64,000 nt of DNA from contig NW_003526948.1 in NCBI RefSeq assembly GCF_000181795.1, positions 2,158,123 through 2,222,122 on the forward strand, in the 5' to 3' direction. Numbering within the stretch: the first letter of the stretch is position 1; each line of letters starts with the position of its first letter. Below, piece by piece: positions 33,501 to 46,724 of this stretch. The position numbers were made by a program, and so were the translations under genes. Below the pieces are notes generated by a model. It did not search any database. It had not been told where the DNA came from and worked only from the letters and a program-made list of their open reading frames with translations. The stretch comes from Trichinella spiralis. Lineage: Eukaryota.

Positions 33501-36500
33501 TACTCGTTTCTAATCCGGATGTTGAGTAATTGATGATGATGATGAAAAAGCGTTTTCAAAATTTACTACATCTACCTAGAAACAGCAATTCATTTCTGTT
33601 TATTAAAATTCTCGTTAATTAATAATTGTAATAAATTATAACACAATTTCAACTGCTCTCTAATTGTTCGTTTCAGCAAATACATTTAAGAAACATCTAC
33701 TATCAAACTGTTTGTCGTCTGCTATTTACATTTTTACATTGAAAGTAAGACTTGAAGCAGCTTTATTTTAAACTAGTAGCATGGGAAAAGTTATTTCATA
33801 TTTTATTTGATCAAAAATCAAATAAATTGTACTGAAAATTATGCACAGATAAAATTGAATAAACACCGCTTTGAACAAACGTTCTCTTGCTCATATTTCA
33901 CCAGTCGTGCATGTTTTGCAAATGTATTTTACATCTGACATATAAAATAGATTTGGATGATGCAGAAAAGGAAAGCATTATTATTGACAAAGATTAACGT
34001 TACTTCATTGTGTAACCTTTCATCGATTAAAGCATAAAACGCGTAATTATTTTTGCAAATTGAGATAAGATGCAATCTTGGCTGTCGTTTCGGTGAAGAA
34101 AACCGAAATCGGCGACAATGGTGAAAAGCATCTGAACTGATCGATCAAGCAAAACATATTGCTGTTGAATAAGTTTTTATTTTACTTGGTAGTCGTGGGA
34201 TTTTTCATGATATTTAATTTTTGTTTTTTATTTTTTAAAAACAGCGATGAATTTTGTTGAACTCTCTCCCCTGAAGCGTCTTTGCAAAGTTTTCCCTTCT
34301 TAATCTCGAAAGTGTAATTTAATGTGAGCTTTACTGTTTCGTCTGTTTTACTTTTGTACGTTTATTTTTCCTTTCTTACGTTTGACAGTTACTTTCGTTA
34401 AAAAGTTAAATTCAATGTAATTTAATTCACAGATTTTGTTTTGCAGAAATGCGTTCTAATTTGAAATTTAAGTTTAAACTGGAAATTTAGTTGCTAAATC
34501 ATAATCAAACTGAATGTTTACAACGGAAAATGAAAATACCACTTGTCATTCCAATAAGCGTCCATAAATAAAGTGCCTAAATAATTAATACGAAATGTTT
34601 TTTAATTTCGATAAGCTCTTCATGAGGTAATAATATCAATGGATGCATTCATGATTTATGATTGAATTTAATTATTTAATTTGATTTTCAAAATAGCATT
34701 GTTCTATTATCGAGTATGTTCTATTTATAAATGGCTTGTTTTTTTTCAGTTTACTTTTGGTTGTTTCTATTTTGGTAATATCTAAAAAAATTAAACTTGT
34801 TTTCAGTTTGCTTGTCATTAAAAAAATAGTTTGTTGAACATACAAGTTATAAATAACTGCTCGTATGATACATTGCTTGTTGGCGTTGAAATAATTAAAC
34901 TATTGAAAGAATTTTCATGCTTAATCAGTGTTTTGATTAATTGTTGTCGAATTCATACTTCTGTAAAAAGCGGCATGTGGCGCTTGGAGCAGAGTACTAG
35001 CATGCATTCAGTATATTGATCAAAGCAATTTTTCGCCCATTTAATTTCGATGATCCATTATAGGCAAAGTAGAAGAAGAGTTATAGTTGTTTGAAAATCG
35101 ATTGCTAAATTTATACGGGCAGACATTGTGCATTAGGCTCGCTTAGAAACTATGATTTGCATTTGTCTTTCAAATTCAGGTATTTCAAAGTAAAATGCGA
35201 AAACCGCGACAACAAAAATTGATCCAACTTTGTAAATTTAATGTCTGAAAATAATCCTCTGAACGTTGGTAATCCTATTTTCAGTTTACTGCAAATGTTG
35301 CTCAGCAACAAAATCCCACAATATCTCACAAAACCATTTAATATAATAATAACTTGTCTGCAGAAAATAAAAAAGTTATATTTGTAATTAATTTTTTTGA
35401 ACTTGCGGTTGTTGGGAATTTTAATAGCATGAACGTAAATATCATAAGGGAACGGTGGAAAACAGTGCACATTTATAGCTTTTTCTAATTTCATTTTATA
35501 TTCAGCTAATGAAATTTACAATTGTGGATGTTTTGCAATATTTTTACATTTAATGCATGAATATTCTTTTGTGATTTCTTGTCCTTTAATGTGTGATAAT
35601 AAAGTTACCTTTTATTGAAAGTGCAATGAATAATGTTAATTTTTTGCATTTAAGTGCATATATTGCCATACTGGACGTATGTTATGTACCTTTTGCGGTG
35701 ATCAAAATTATTTTTGCATATATAGTTTGAAAATCAAGAGTAAATTTATTTTAAAATTCAAAATATTCACATCATTGAGATGTTAAAACAGTTTTGGAAC
35801 GTTTATTTTACTTCATTAATATATTATTTTAAAAGTGATTTGTTTGTCAAAACATTAAAAGATGCTTCTCTCAGTACAATTTGCTGATTGATTTTTCATT
35901 ACTTAACAATTCATTGAGTTCATTTCAGTAATGAATTTCAAGGTAAAAAGCAATAATTTATTACCAATGCAAGTGCATGTTTAACTGCGTTTTAGAAAAG
36001 ATTTATTTCTTATATTTAATAAGTGAAAATTATTTTTTATGAGAAATTTTTTTAGGTTGGAATAGCTTTAGGGTTTTTGATTCCCACATTGTTTGTGCAC
36101 AGCTCAACAGTTCAACAAGACATTACTTATGGCTTGCGTAATCTTTATTTTTTGACAGCCACTCTTACTTCTACTGTATTTTTAGCTGTCCTGTTAGGTA
36201 ATAATTATTTATATTTTATTCGTATGCTTTTAATTACATATAAATATGCTCTGAATTTTACTGGATTTGATATTAACATTAACTGTTGCATTTATTATTA
36301 GGTGTATCAGAACGTCCTCCACTTCCTCCCAGTATTGCGCAGTCACTCATCGATAACTCGACATATACAAAAGGACAATTCAAACAGTCTGTATACTCTT
36401 TGGCAAAGCAAGCATCATTTGTACAGCTAGCCTTCACATATGGTATTAACGTTTTGCTTTAGCAAAGTTTAATGATTTTATCAAGTTATAAATATATTTC

Positions 36501-37650
36501 ATATCTTTTAAAATGCATCTTAAATTTACTTTTTCTGAATTTTGAATGAATCCTGCAATTTAAATTTAAAATGCTGTTTGTTGAAAATTTTGTGCAATAA
36601 TTATAGCCCAAGAGAAGTTTAATTCCATTTACATTGAAATTTTTACATTTTGTTAAGCAATTAATTTATTATTGCTATCTTTTATTCGATAACCAGATGT
36701 TTTGATCTTAGGGCTCAACGTTGGTGCCTTTTATGCAGTATCAACTTTGCTCAATCAGACGCTGTTGCCTTATTTTCCTGTATGCGTAAACGAACGTTAT
36801 TTTTTCTATCAAATTTGCATTTTTAACACCATAGACAGAATGAAGAAAAAAATATCGGAATTGTCGGTTTACTTATCATTTTGACCGGTTTACTGGGATC
36901 TGTGCTTTGCGGCTGGTGGCTTGATAAGACTAAAATGTTCAAGTAATACAGCGCACATATTTATTTCATTGCATATATTCGATTTGCATTATTAATATTT
37001 CTTTAGATTTATTGTAACAATTACCTATGCAGCATCTTTACTTGGTATGATCATTTATACGGTATGCATTGAAAAAGGTTCCATCAAAATTGTATTTTTA
37101 GCCGCTTCAATATTAGGGTAATAAAAGTATTACAACGCAAAGTCAATATTTAAAACATTTTTTGGTTATTTTAAAGATTTTCCATGACGGGTTATTTGCC
37201 ACTTGGCTTGGAATACGCCGCTGAAATAACTTATCCCATATCAGAAGGTATTACCTCCGGAATAATGAATGGATCAGCTCAAGTACAAAATTGCGCTTAC
37301 AAAATTAAATAATGAACATATTAAAATAATACTATTAAAGGTTTTTGGTGTCATTTTAACAATGTCTGTTGGTCAAATACTGCAACGATTTTCAGTTCTA
37401 GCTGGTAACATCAGCATGATCGTGACATTAACCGTTGGTTTAATACTGACAGGTAAAAGCAGTTCAGTGTTTAAAAACAGAAGATATATCATGATGTTGT
37501 GTAATTATGATGCATATGTTATGTAATATAATTCACGTGTTTGCAATGCTTTTAGCTTTCATAAATGCTGAAAATAAACGCCAAACTGCTGGAAATACAT
37601 TTGAAAGTTCATGTTCAGCTGGAAATCTCCCAAAAAATGACTGTGGATGA
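30582..37650 (+). CDS. FLVCR: FLVCR/SLC49-family MFS transporter (choline/ethanolamine/heme transporter family), multi-exon, with a 4.9-kb intron after the first coding exon (31158-36055)
   Basis: [94 protein letters not shown], terminal [10 protein letters not shown]. Stop TGA at 37648-37650. An upstream exon is possible (acceptor at 30547). Confidence 0.93.
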
Positions 37651-40600
37651 AGTGCTTTTAACATGTTTTATTGAATTAAACATTTTTTAATATTGTGGTT
37701 GCATATTAATGTATGTCAAGCCAAAATTATTGTAAAGGTAGATGAAATTGGTAATGATTTACTAATATTGTAAGTAAAGATTTACATTAAATGTAAAATA
37801 ATTAAAGTAAAATTATGAAGTTGCTGGAACATGATCTATTTGAAAATGCAACATGATTAAGCGCTAAAATAGTGTACTGAATTTTGCATAGCTAACCTTT
37901 TCGAAAATTTCACGGGGTGGTATATATTTATTTGAGGTTTTGTCAAGCCATTTTAATCTTCGTTAACTATTTATTCTTCGTTATTTGTCACAATTTCATA
38001 CATTCTGATGAGACAACGTCCATTTTTAATTTGCATTTTAACTGCACAATTAGATCAAACTGAATGAAGAAGAATTTATATAAAATATGCAAGTCATGAA
38101 ATTAAGGAATGCCCAACGCTACGTATAATATTAATTTATAGCAATTATTTTTCATTTAACTGGTCTCATTAATTAAAATATATTAAGTTATATTTTAAGT
38201 CAATAAATGCAATGATAACAGTGATAACGATAATAATAACAAATTGCTTTAAAGAAAAAAATTATGAAATGGGTAGAAATTAATTGTACGACACTACTGT
38301 TAGCCACATTAATCAAATAAGAAAGCACTAATTTGCTTAATTTGCATAATAGATAAATGAGGCGCATATAACGTGTTGTTTGACCTAATTTATGAGTAAA
38401 CGCTTAATGTAAACGCTGAATTATCAATATTTGAGAAAATGAATAGCAACGCCATGTTGGCAATGTAACATTAAAAAATCAAATTATCATGGCCGCTGAT
38501 TTCAAACATTAAAACATTGCACTGCATAGTATATGATCTACAATTGGCCACTACAATTACTGCACACTATAACAAATTGGCAACACGTGAAATTTGAAAA
38601 AATTTCAGATCCTGTATCCGTTCGCCATTATATGTTATTTAGTTATATCATTAATTTTCAAAGTGGACATCTATTGAGAACTATATTTTTCAGGAATTAT
38701 GATCAAAATAAAAAAAATGCAACTTACAGAAACAGGTGCCTTCACATCGTTGGAAGTCCATCTTCTGTTTGTGATACGTTGAAAAATGATGAGTAATTGT
38801 TGAGAAATAACAATAAAACGAAGAAAAGAAAAACTGATTTTGATGGTTTTCCGGTTTAGCAGTGAAAACGCCAATCCGCAGTCATCACACGCCATCACTC
38901 TGCAGTTATTCCAAATGAAGCTCATAAAGCAAATAAATTTGAACTCACATGCAAATTTCCATCGCCTTCATTTCTACTGATAATTAAAGATACCAGTAGT
39001 CGTACATTCATATAGCTGGCTCAAATTAAGTGAGAGTAAATATAAGTAAAACTTGCAAATCAAGAAATACTGTATTATTATTAGTAGTAGCACTTGATTT
39101 TTTAAAATTCTGAAAAAGTAAATATATACAGAAAATAGTTTTACAGTGTTGATTTGAAAACAAAAAAAGGACAGTGGAAACTGACAGAAAAATCGAACCA
39201 ACGTTAAATAATTACAAATTCATGGAAAAGTTGGCGCAAAAACAGATTCAGTCGGACAGTGGGCATCAAAGAAAAATATGACCCAGCCGGAAATTTGAAA
39301 TTTGTTCTGAAAATATTTTAATCAAATGCGAAAGTGTGATTATAAGCAACTTTCTAGTTGAAACCTTCAGCGGTTAGCAATTAAAAGCTATTTCGGTCAA
39401 TTAAATAAACTGACATGGTGATTTGGAGGCGACTTGAATTTCCGCAACAGACAGGCAGTATACGCTAAGCGTGTAGTAGATCTCAATTCTAAATGAGCAA
39501 GAATAATGCTAAAATTAAATTATAATGAATAATCAAACGCAGGATGTACAATTGAATGATGGGGTGTCAGTTACGGATGAGTTGATTTGCAGAGATAGTG
39601 TTGCGATATTTTTGAAACAGACAATATGTGTTAGAGCAGTTAATGTCATTTGTTTGATTTAATCTAACTGCGCTCCACGACATCGCATAATATTAATTTT
39701 CCTTTCATATTCTTGAATTACATTTTTAACGTAAACGTTGAAGAAAAATACAAGTCAAAAATGTGAAACTTGTTTAATGCAAAAGCACATTAAATTAGTA
39801 ATAATAAAAATTGTTTTAGCAATAAAACATCAATTACTTTGTTCTGATTTGTTTACCTGTTGCTTGTGCGTTATACAAATTGACGACGTTAAAATCAAAA
39901 TGTTTGTGTTTATATATGTTCAGTAAATGACTAAAATTTAAATATATTTTTCAAAAGTTACACCTGCTTCAATTCGTTACAGTATTGAATGAAGTTTTGC
40001 CTATGTACACAACTTTTCTACTTTTTTTGATTGATTCATTATAATTCACCCAGTGATTAAGTAATGTTGATTATCATAATTGTATTACAAGGTTTAATTA
40101 TGCTACAAATCCATTGCCGTCTCAATTTTTTGAAACAGAACACAGCCCTCTCTCTGTTCAGCAAAAATTATGCTTTATCGCACATTCATTATTAACATTA
40201 ACTTACAGCTGCTTATAAACTAACTTTTAAATTTAATAACTGCTTCATCAAAAATTGTAGTAAAAATGAAAAAATTTTTTTTTTAATTAAAAAAGTTTAT
40301 GGCTATGTGGTCTTCAGATAATTAATGATAACTGTGTACTTATTTGAAAATTATTGCAAAGCTTTATAGATATTGCAGCATATGTTATTATATGTATCGT
40401 CTCAACATACTGCACGCATAATTGCACTTAAAGATCAATAACGGATATGTACAGTTAGTTATGACATGGGTTAGTTTTTATCATTTATATATGGTTAGCT
40501 TTCTTGCTCAGGCAACCTCTTTGGTTAAGTGTAGTGTTGTTTCGTTAAGTTTTAGTGAAGCAGAAATCACCAAGCACCAGTCAACACAAGCAAACACGAG

Positions 40601-40832
40601 CGTTACAATAATTATTCAGAGTTCACTGAGTATATAAAAAATACATTCTTTGTTTTAATTATTGATAAATTTTTAAGTTCTGTTGCTGAAAATTACTGAG
40701 ATGAAATTAGTGTTATTTTCTTACTGACTATCATTAAAAATAAGCAAAACAATTAGCCATACTGTAGAAAAACAATCACCAAACTTCATTTTACTTAATT
40801 CAAGTTTTCACATATAAATGCCATAAATCCTT

Positions 40833-41924
40833 CTAATTATCAGGATTCTCTGAATCATCGGCATTATCTGATTCCATGTTTTCGTGGGTATTCTCTGCAT
40901 TCTGGTCAGCACCGGCATTATCTGATTCCATGTTTTCGTGGGTATTCTCTTCATTCTGGTCAGCACCGGCATTAACATTCCCTTCCGCATTACCATCACC
41001 ACTTTCCGTTTGTGAAGTTTCCTGACTCGTTTCCGAACTTTCCAGCAATCCTATTTCTAATGAAAAAAACAGCTTTCATTTAACTTTTATTTATTCACCT
41101 TCATTACCCTTCAATTTTTCAACATCGCTTGAATGCAGCCACAAATTCTCCACTTCAGTGCGAACCCGATTCGCGTATTCTGTAAAATTGTTCTGGAATA
41201 AAGAAGCTGCAGTAGGGTTCGCCGGTGAATGCGGATTCGGTTCATTCAACAGCGACTAATGAAAACAAAATATTCATAAATTAAGAACATCAATGCATTT
41301 GCTTTATCACTTTCTCAGGCAGAAGTAAGAAAATGAAATTCAACATAAAACCTGGAAATTTTACTTGAATGCATGTCAATATAGCCAACACATCATAAGT
41401 TGGCGACCAACGACTCTGCAAAATGTCCATGCAGACGGACCCATCAACGTACACTACAGCACAGTCTGTTATCATTGCATGAAAAATTCTTTTAAAATCA
41501 CTTTCACCATTTGGATGAAATATCGGGCTCAGAAATTTCACTTGGGGCGGTCGATTGGGGTAATCTTCAGTGAACTTCAACTGCAACTTGAATGTGCCAT
41601 CTTCATAAGGTGTACCTGGTGGACTAAATTTAAGTTGAAATATACTGTTAAAGTAACGCATATTTCATTACATACCCAAATACAATTGCTTCCCATACAA
41701 AAATGCTACCCAAGGAGGGTGCTGCGCTTACACCATAAACAGACTGAGTTGACAGTCTAAACAAAAAGAAATAAATTTAATTTATGCTGAAAATTACATC
41801 AACGCTTCTTATCTTTAAATATTTACAGTATAAGCTATGGAAAAAAAACTAATGCAAATATAAAATTTAAAAATAAAACTCACCTTTTGAAATCTCTCAA
41901 CAGCCTACGCTGAGCTTGACTCAT
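40833..41924 (-). CDS. ubc-1: RAD6/UBE2A-B (ubc-1-like) E2 ubiquitin-conjugating enzyme with an acidic tail, 6 exons
   Basis: [70 protein letters not shown] (catalytic Cys), [13 protein letters not shown], then a D/E/N-rich tail. Orthology versus paralogy is unresolved. Confidence 0.88.
40860..40973 (-). repeat. 54-bp coding tandem duplication (18 aa x 2) in the E2 tail
   Basis: [18 protein letters not shown] followed by [18 protein letters not shown]; one substitution between the copies. Confidence 0.95.
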
Positions 41925-43213
41925 CTTATAGCACAATAAATTGTCGCACTAAAATGTAACGTAAACGAATCAAAACCGTGTTGTTAATTAAATGTGATAA
42001 CACGCGGGTGTTGCCTGCTTGATCAGCTTGTCAAATGTAAAACAATAAATAACAAAACTGATAGCTTCCCTAAATTTGAAAAGCAAATACAAAAATATGT
42101 CACTTCAACGGTACAACTAAATATAAAGTGTTAACAAACTTTCATGAATAACATCAAACAAAATTATTGAACAATAAACAATTATTGGATGCTGACTATG
42201 AGGTGGAAAATGAATACACCCGACGGATAAACATTGATGACAAAAGAAAGTACCCGGAAATCGACCACCATGATCTTCGCACAAATAAAGCAAGTAAACA
42301 ACCGTTATACTGTATTTCATAAAAACCCTTTGAGAGATTTGCTGTTGCATCATTCATTGAAATAAATTTAATAAATTATGCAACTGAAATATATGTATAA
42401 ATGTTTAAAATGAAATTAAATATTCATTTTGAACTATGAAAAATTATTTAAAAAATTACATCTTTAGCAAAATATAATTTAACTACAGTACACGTTTATA
42501 AAAGTTAAAATATAAATACGTCATAAACAGAATAAAATAGATTAAAAGTAACATTTTATAAATTATTTCTTTTAATTTATTTAACAGGTATAAACACGAG
42601 TGACAGAATTAGTAATTATGCCTTTTGTAACAATATTTATCATTATTTTGGTTACACATGCAAATCATTAATTTATACTGTCTGTGAATTTTCTCGTATA
42701 AATGATGGAAACGGTATTGCGCTTTTCCTAAATAAATTACACACTGTTTGAAATAAAAATCAAAATAAATTCACGATAAATAAAAATGCAGAGAAACAAA
42801 TAAAATTCAACCGCATCTATAGGTGGTTTGCAGTTGCATTATAAAATATTTTTAAAATATCACTTCGGCAATAAAATATATATTATTGTTATTTAATAAA
42901 ACTAATAAAAATCTAATTACCATCACTGCGGGAAGTACTGTTTCATCTTTTCCCTTACAAAAAACAACTGCTATATATATTTTTATGTGTATTCGTATTT
43001 GAGGGACCTTGCAATGCATGATTCACGAGATGCGTTAATAACTCATTCTGCTAAAGCAACTGTTCGAACTGCTTTGTATTTCAGTTCTACTGGATACCCA
43101 CGTGCATTAGCGTGAAACGATAAAACAATGCATTAAAAACAAGTTAATCTATCAAATGTAATATGGGCTGTTGTTTTATTTTACCAACTATGCAAAACTA
43201 TCAGTTTAATAAA

Positions 43214-44153
43214 TTAAGAAGAATAATAATGTACTAAATCACAGTCTTTTGGTTTCAGGACGCTTTCATCAGTTAAGCTGATAACCCAGCCTGGATGTAA
43301 ACCATAAAATATCTGTAAAGGAGTCTTTTGAATAGCAAATTCGGAATCCATTTCCACATCCGTTTCTAATGCAAAACCATATTTTTGCATAGTTTCTATG
43401 CGCGCTTCCTTAATCTTCTCAGGATCAGCAAGATATCCTCTATTTTTAGGATCTAAAAAATAAATTTTTCAAAGCGAACAAAATCACTTTTATAATTATA
43501 ATACCCATGTATTGTTTCATAAGGCCAAGCGGAGGATAAGCTCGTTTTGGAATCGGTACACCTTGTTGGAAAAATCGGATCGGGTCAGTTAGAGCTTCCA
43601 AAGAAAGTGGATCAAAATATGCCATAGTAATAATGCCACCATTCCTTTCTACTGCAGCAATAGCAACTTCATTCGTCCACTGCACTTCAATATTTACTCG
43701 AGCTTTGAAATTATCAGCTCCCTAGAGAAATACTTTTGAATGCTAAATACATATTCATCCCACCTAAAGCAGTACCTCTTCTGTCAAATTCACACCAAAC
43801 TGACGTAAAGATGGATCACACCGGTACAATCTTGTATTGCACAACGTTGTTAAATCAATTGGTAGACTAGTGTCTATCCAACCTAAGTCAATCAGCCGCT
43901 GCAACTCAAGCAAACTTAAAGGTGGATATTCCCTTCTAAGACTAAATGTTCAACACAATAAATAATCAGTAATCTGACAAAATTAAAATGCAAATACATA
44001 CTGGATGTCTTTATTGTATGGTTCACCACTCCAAATTCGATGCCAAGGACGATAAAAATCGCCATATATCCAACCTAAAGGTGGCTTTGCAGCACTCTGC
44101 AATTCTTTATGAGATTGCCCTGCTTTATTATGCTTAGAGAGAACCCGTCGACC
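43214..44153 (-). CDS. MRPL15: Mitochondrial ribosomal protein uL15m, 5'-partial (first exon not found)
   Basis: AKPPLGWIYGDFYRPW, YPPLSLLELQRLIDLGWID, IDLTTLCNT, VNIEVQW, AIAAVERNGG, DPKNRGYLADP, QIFYGLHPGWVISL, ending LKPKDCDLVHYYSS-stop. An N-gap lies upstream at 44509-44703. Confidence 0.92.
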
Positions 44154-44703
44154 CTAGTGTTAACATGGTTAATCAATTTTATAATTTATAATGTATAAAT
44201 AAAATAAAACAATTAATATAAAAATTAAAATAAAAAGTAATATTAACAATTTTTTATTTTCCAGTGATTTCATTTATTTCTCCTAATCAAACCAATATCA
44301 TAAAACAAAAAATGATTTGCGCGTACAAATAACGCAAAACATTACAACTAATTAATGAAAATGGTATTTAATCAATAATATAAAAGTATTCTGGGGGTGA
44401 AATGTAATACAGCGAAAATAAAAACTCCAGTTCTGTGAGAAGATAAAGAAATGCAAATAAACTGATTAGAAAAAAACCAATCTACATTCAAAAATTCAAT
44501 TTATTCAANNNNNNNNNNNNNNNNNNNNNNNNNNNNNNNNNNNNNNNNNNNNNNNNNNNNNNNNNNNNNNNNNNNNNNNNNNNNNNNNNNNNNNNNNNNN
44601 NNNNNNNNNNNNNNNNNNNNNNNNNNNNNNNNNNNNNNNNNNNNNNNNNNNNNNNNNNNNNNNNNNNNNNNNNNNNNNNNNNNNNNNNNNNNNNNNNNNN
44701 NNN

Positions 44704-44888
44704 CAAACTTTCTTTCAAATTCCGGTATATATAATACAAAACTTTCTTTCAATTCCGTAATATATATACAAACTGTTCTTTCAACTTCCGTATATATATA
44801 CAAAACTGTCTTTCAACTCCGTATATATATATACAAACTGTCTTTCAACTCCGTATATATATATAAACTATCTTTAAGCTCCGTATAC
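44704..44888. repeat. Minisatellite, ~31-34 bp unit x ~6, running into the gap
   Basis: Unit caaactgtctttcaactccgtata(ta)n. Confidence 0.9.
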
Positions 44889-46724
44889 CCACCCACCACC
44901 CCCTCCTTCGCCCATTCAGAGTGGCTTTAGTATGCAATGTTTTATTTGTCAATTTTTTGTATTGAATTAAAGTCAAAATTATATAATAAACAAAGTAATT
45001 GGAGGAAATTGAAAAAAAAATAAAATGTATAAAATAAAAGAGGCAGAAATAAAGTTTGAATCAATGAAAATGAAAAATATTTTCAAAAAATAATAGTAAA
45101 AGTGAAAAGAAATTTGCTTCAAAAACTTTTGAAAATCAAATTAAATGTGAAATAGAAAAACAAAAGAAAAACAAAAATTAGAAAATAAATTCAAAAATTG
45201 TTTCTACACACAGGAATTGCATACAAAGATGTTGGTGCCTAAAGGATCACAGTTGCGCATTAATTCAAAGTCAGCCATGCGAAATTCTCGTTCACTTAAT
45301 TAAACTGCAAGATAACTTCACCTTTTCGAATGTCTGCCGCTGGGATTAACAGAATTGATCCCGAAAGGTATCCGCCTGCTCCTCCTGTCTACTTTTGTTC
45401 TACTTCGTACTCTCTTCGCTCTGCCTCGTGTCGTTCCCGTTTATACTTTTTCTTTTCCTCATCATTTGTATCTCTATAAATTTTAAATGTGAAATGAAAT
45501 GATTTTCCCGCTTTATCACATACTAAAACTCTAAAGGCACCGTTAAGAAAATGAGTATGCAATGTTCTTATATAAAATTTACACAAGTTAAACATAAAAT
45601 ATCTTTAGTAATCATATACCGACGTTAGTAGTTCCAAAACGCCATAATAAACTCAAGCAGCGTTCCACTACATTGCAATATGTGAACCATTACTGATTGA
45701 ATGATAAGGCAATTTTCAAACGACTCTTATTTGCATAATGCAGCGCTTGAAAGCATTTTGCAATACATGTGCATTGGAAATTATTCTCGATTATGAATTG
45801 TAACCTAACGTCGACCTAATACAAACAATAAAAATTTATGCACGGTGAACATCTAGCAAATGGATCGCATTAAAATGGAATAATTTCCAATAATATTAAA
45901 AACCAATTCAATTGAACTGTTCAATTCACCCAATCAGGACTATTAGAAAGTTGGATCAGAAATGGATCTTGACAGGTAAAGGTTATCAAATACAAATTCC
46001 GCTAAAATATAAACTATCTGACAGGATATGCCATAACATAAATTCACTTAAACAAAACACGCCTCCGCATGTCTGAAAATTTTCAAAATAGAACAAAAAT
46101 GTACAGAAAGTGAAGTTAATTTCTGACAAAGAAGACGCTTTCAATGGAGAGCTTTTCAAGCAAATGCTTCTTTGGTTAGTGAAAAGGTGATGATCTGCTA
46201 TAGACGCTAATCTGCTTAAGCGACGGACGATACGCACGCTGTGTTAAAAATGGTTTAAGCGTTATTGAAATTCTCGTAAACATAAATTCTTGCCTAATGT
46301 CAACATGTGAAAAACAAAGTTACAGTTTTACAGCAAAAAATACCTTACATTTTACATAAATACTTAATTAAACAAAGGAATAACATCACCCTTTCGAAGA
46401 ATCCCCAGCCACGCCTTACACAATTAACACACACAAGAAGAAATAGCATTTACCTTTTGTCTTGTCTTGTCTTGTTCTTTTCCGTTTTTTCTTGTTTGCT
46501 CCATTCTCTATGCATGCAAAAATGATATCAAATCAAACATGTTGTCGCTTTACTAGTTAGTAAACGTTACAGTAACTTGAAAATTGAATTTTTGAGGTAT
46601 TATAATAAATGGATTTTAATTGAAATGTAACATTTATAAAATAAGTATACACAATTTTTGAAAAAAGTAACACAAGTAAAAAAGCAAATTATTTTTTTGC
46701 AATAAAAACGGTCTNNNNNNNNNN

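Noticed and set aside
37700..40800. Short ORFs between FLVCR and the E2 gene
   Set aside because: F/I/L/K-rich translations typical of AT-rich non-coding DNA.
42117..42357. Short ORFs upstream of the E2 gene
   Set aside because: No splice structure or family resemblance; could be UTR.
44704..44888. CRISPR-like appearance of ~32-bp repeats
   Set aside because: Units are contiguous with no unique spacers, there are no cas genes, and the context is eukaryotic: a minisatellite.
45280..46260. Possible exons of an unknown minus-strand gene (charged DEEKKKYKRERHEAERRE segment)
   Set aside because: Could not build a phase-consistent model or recognise a family.
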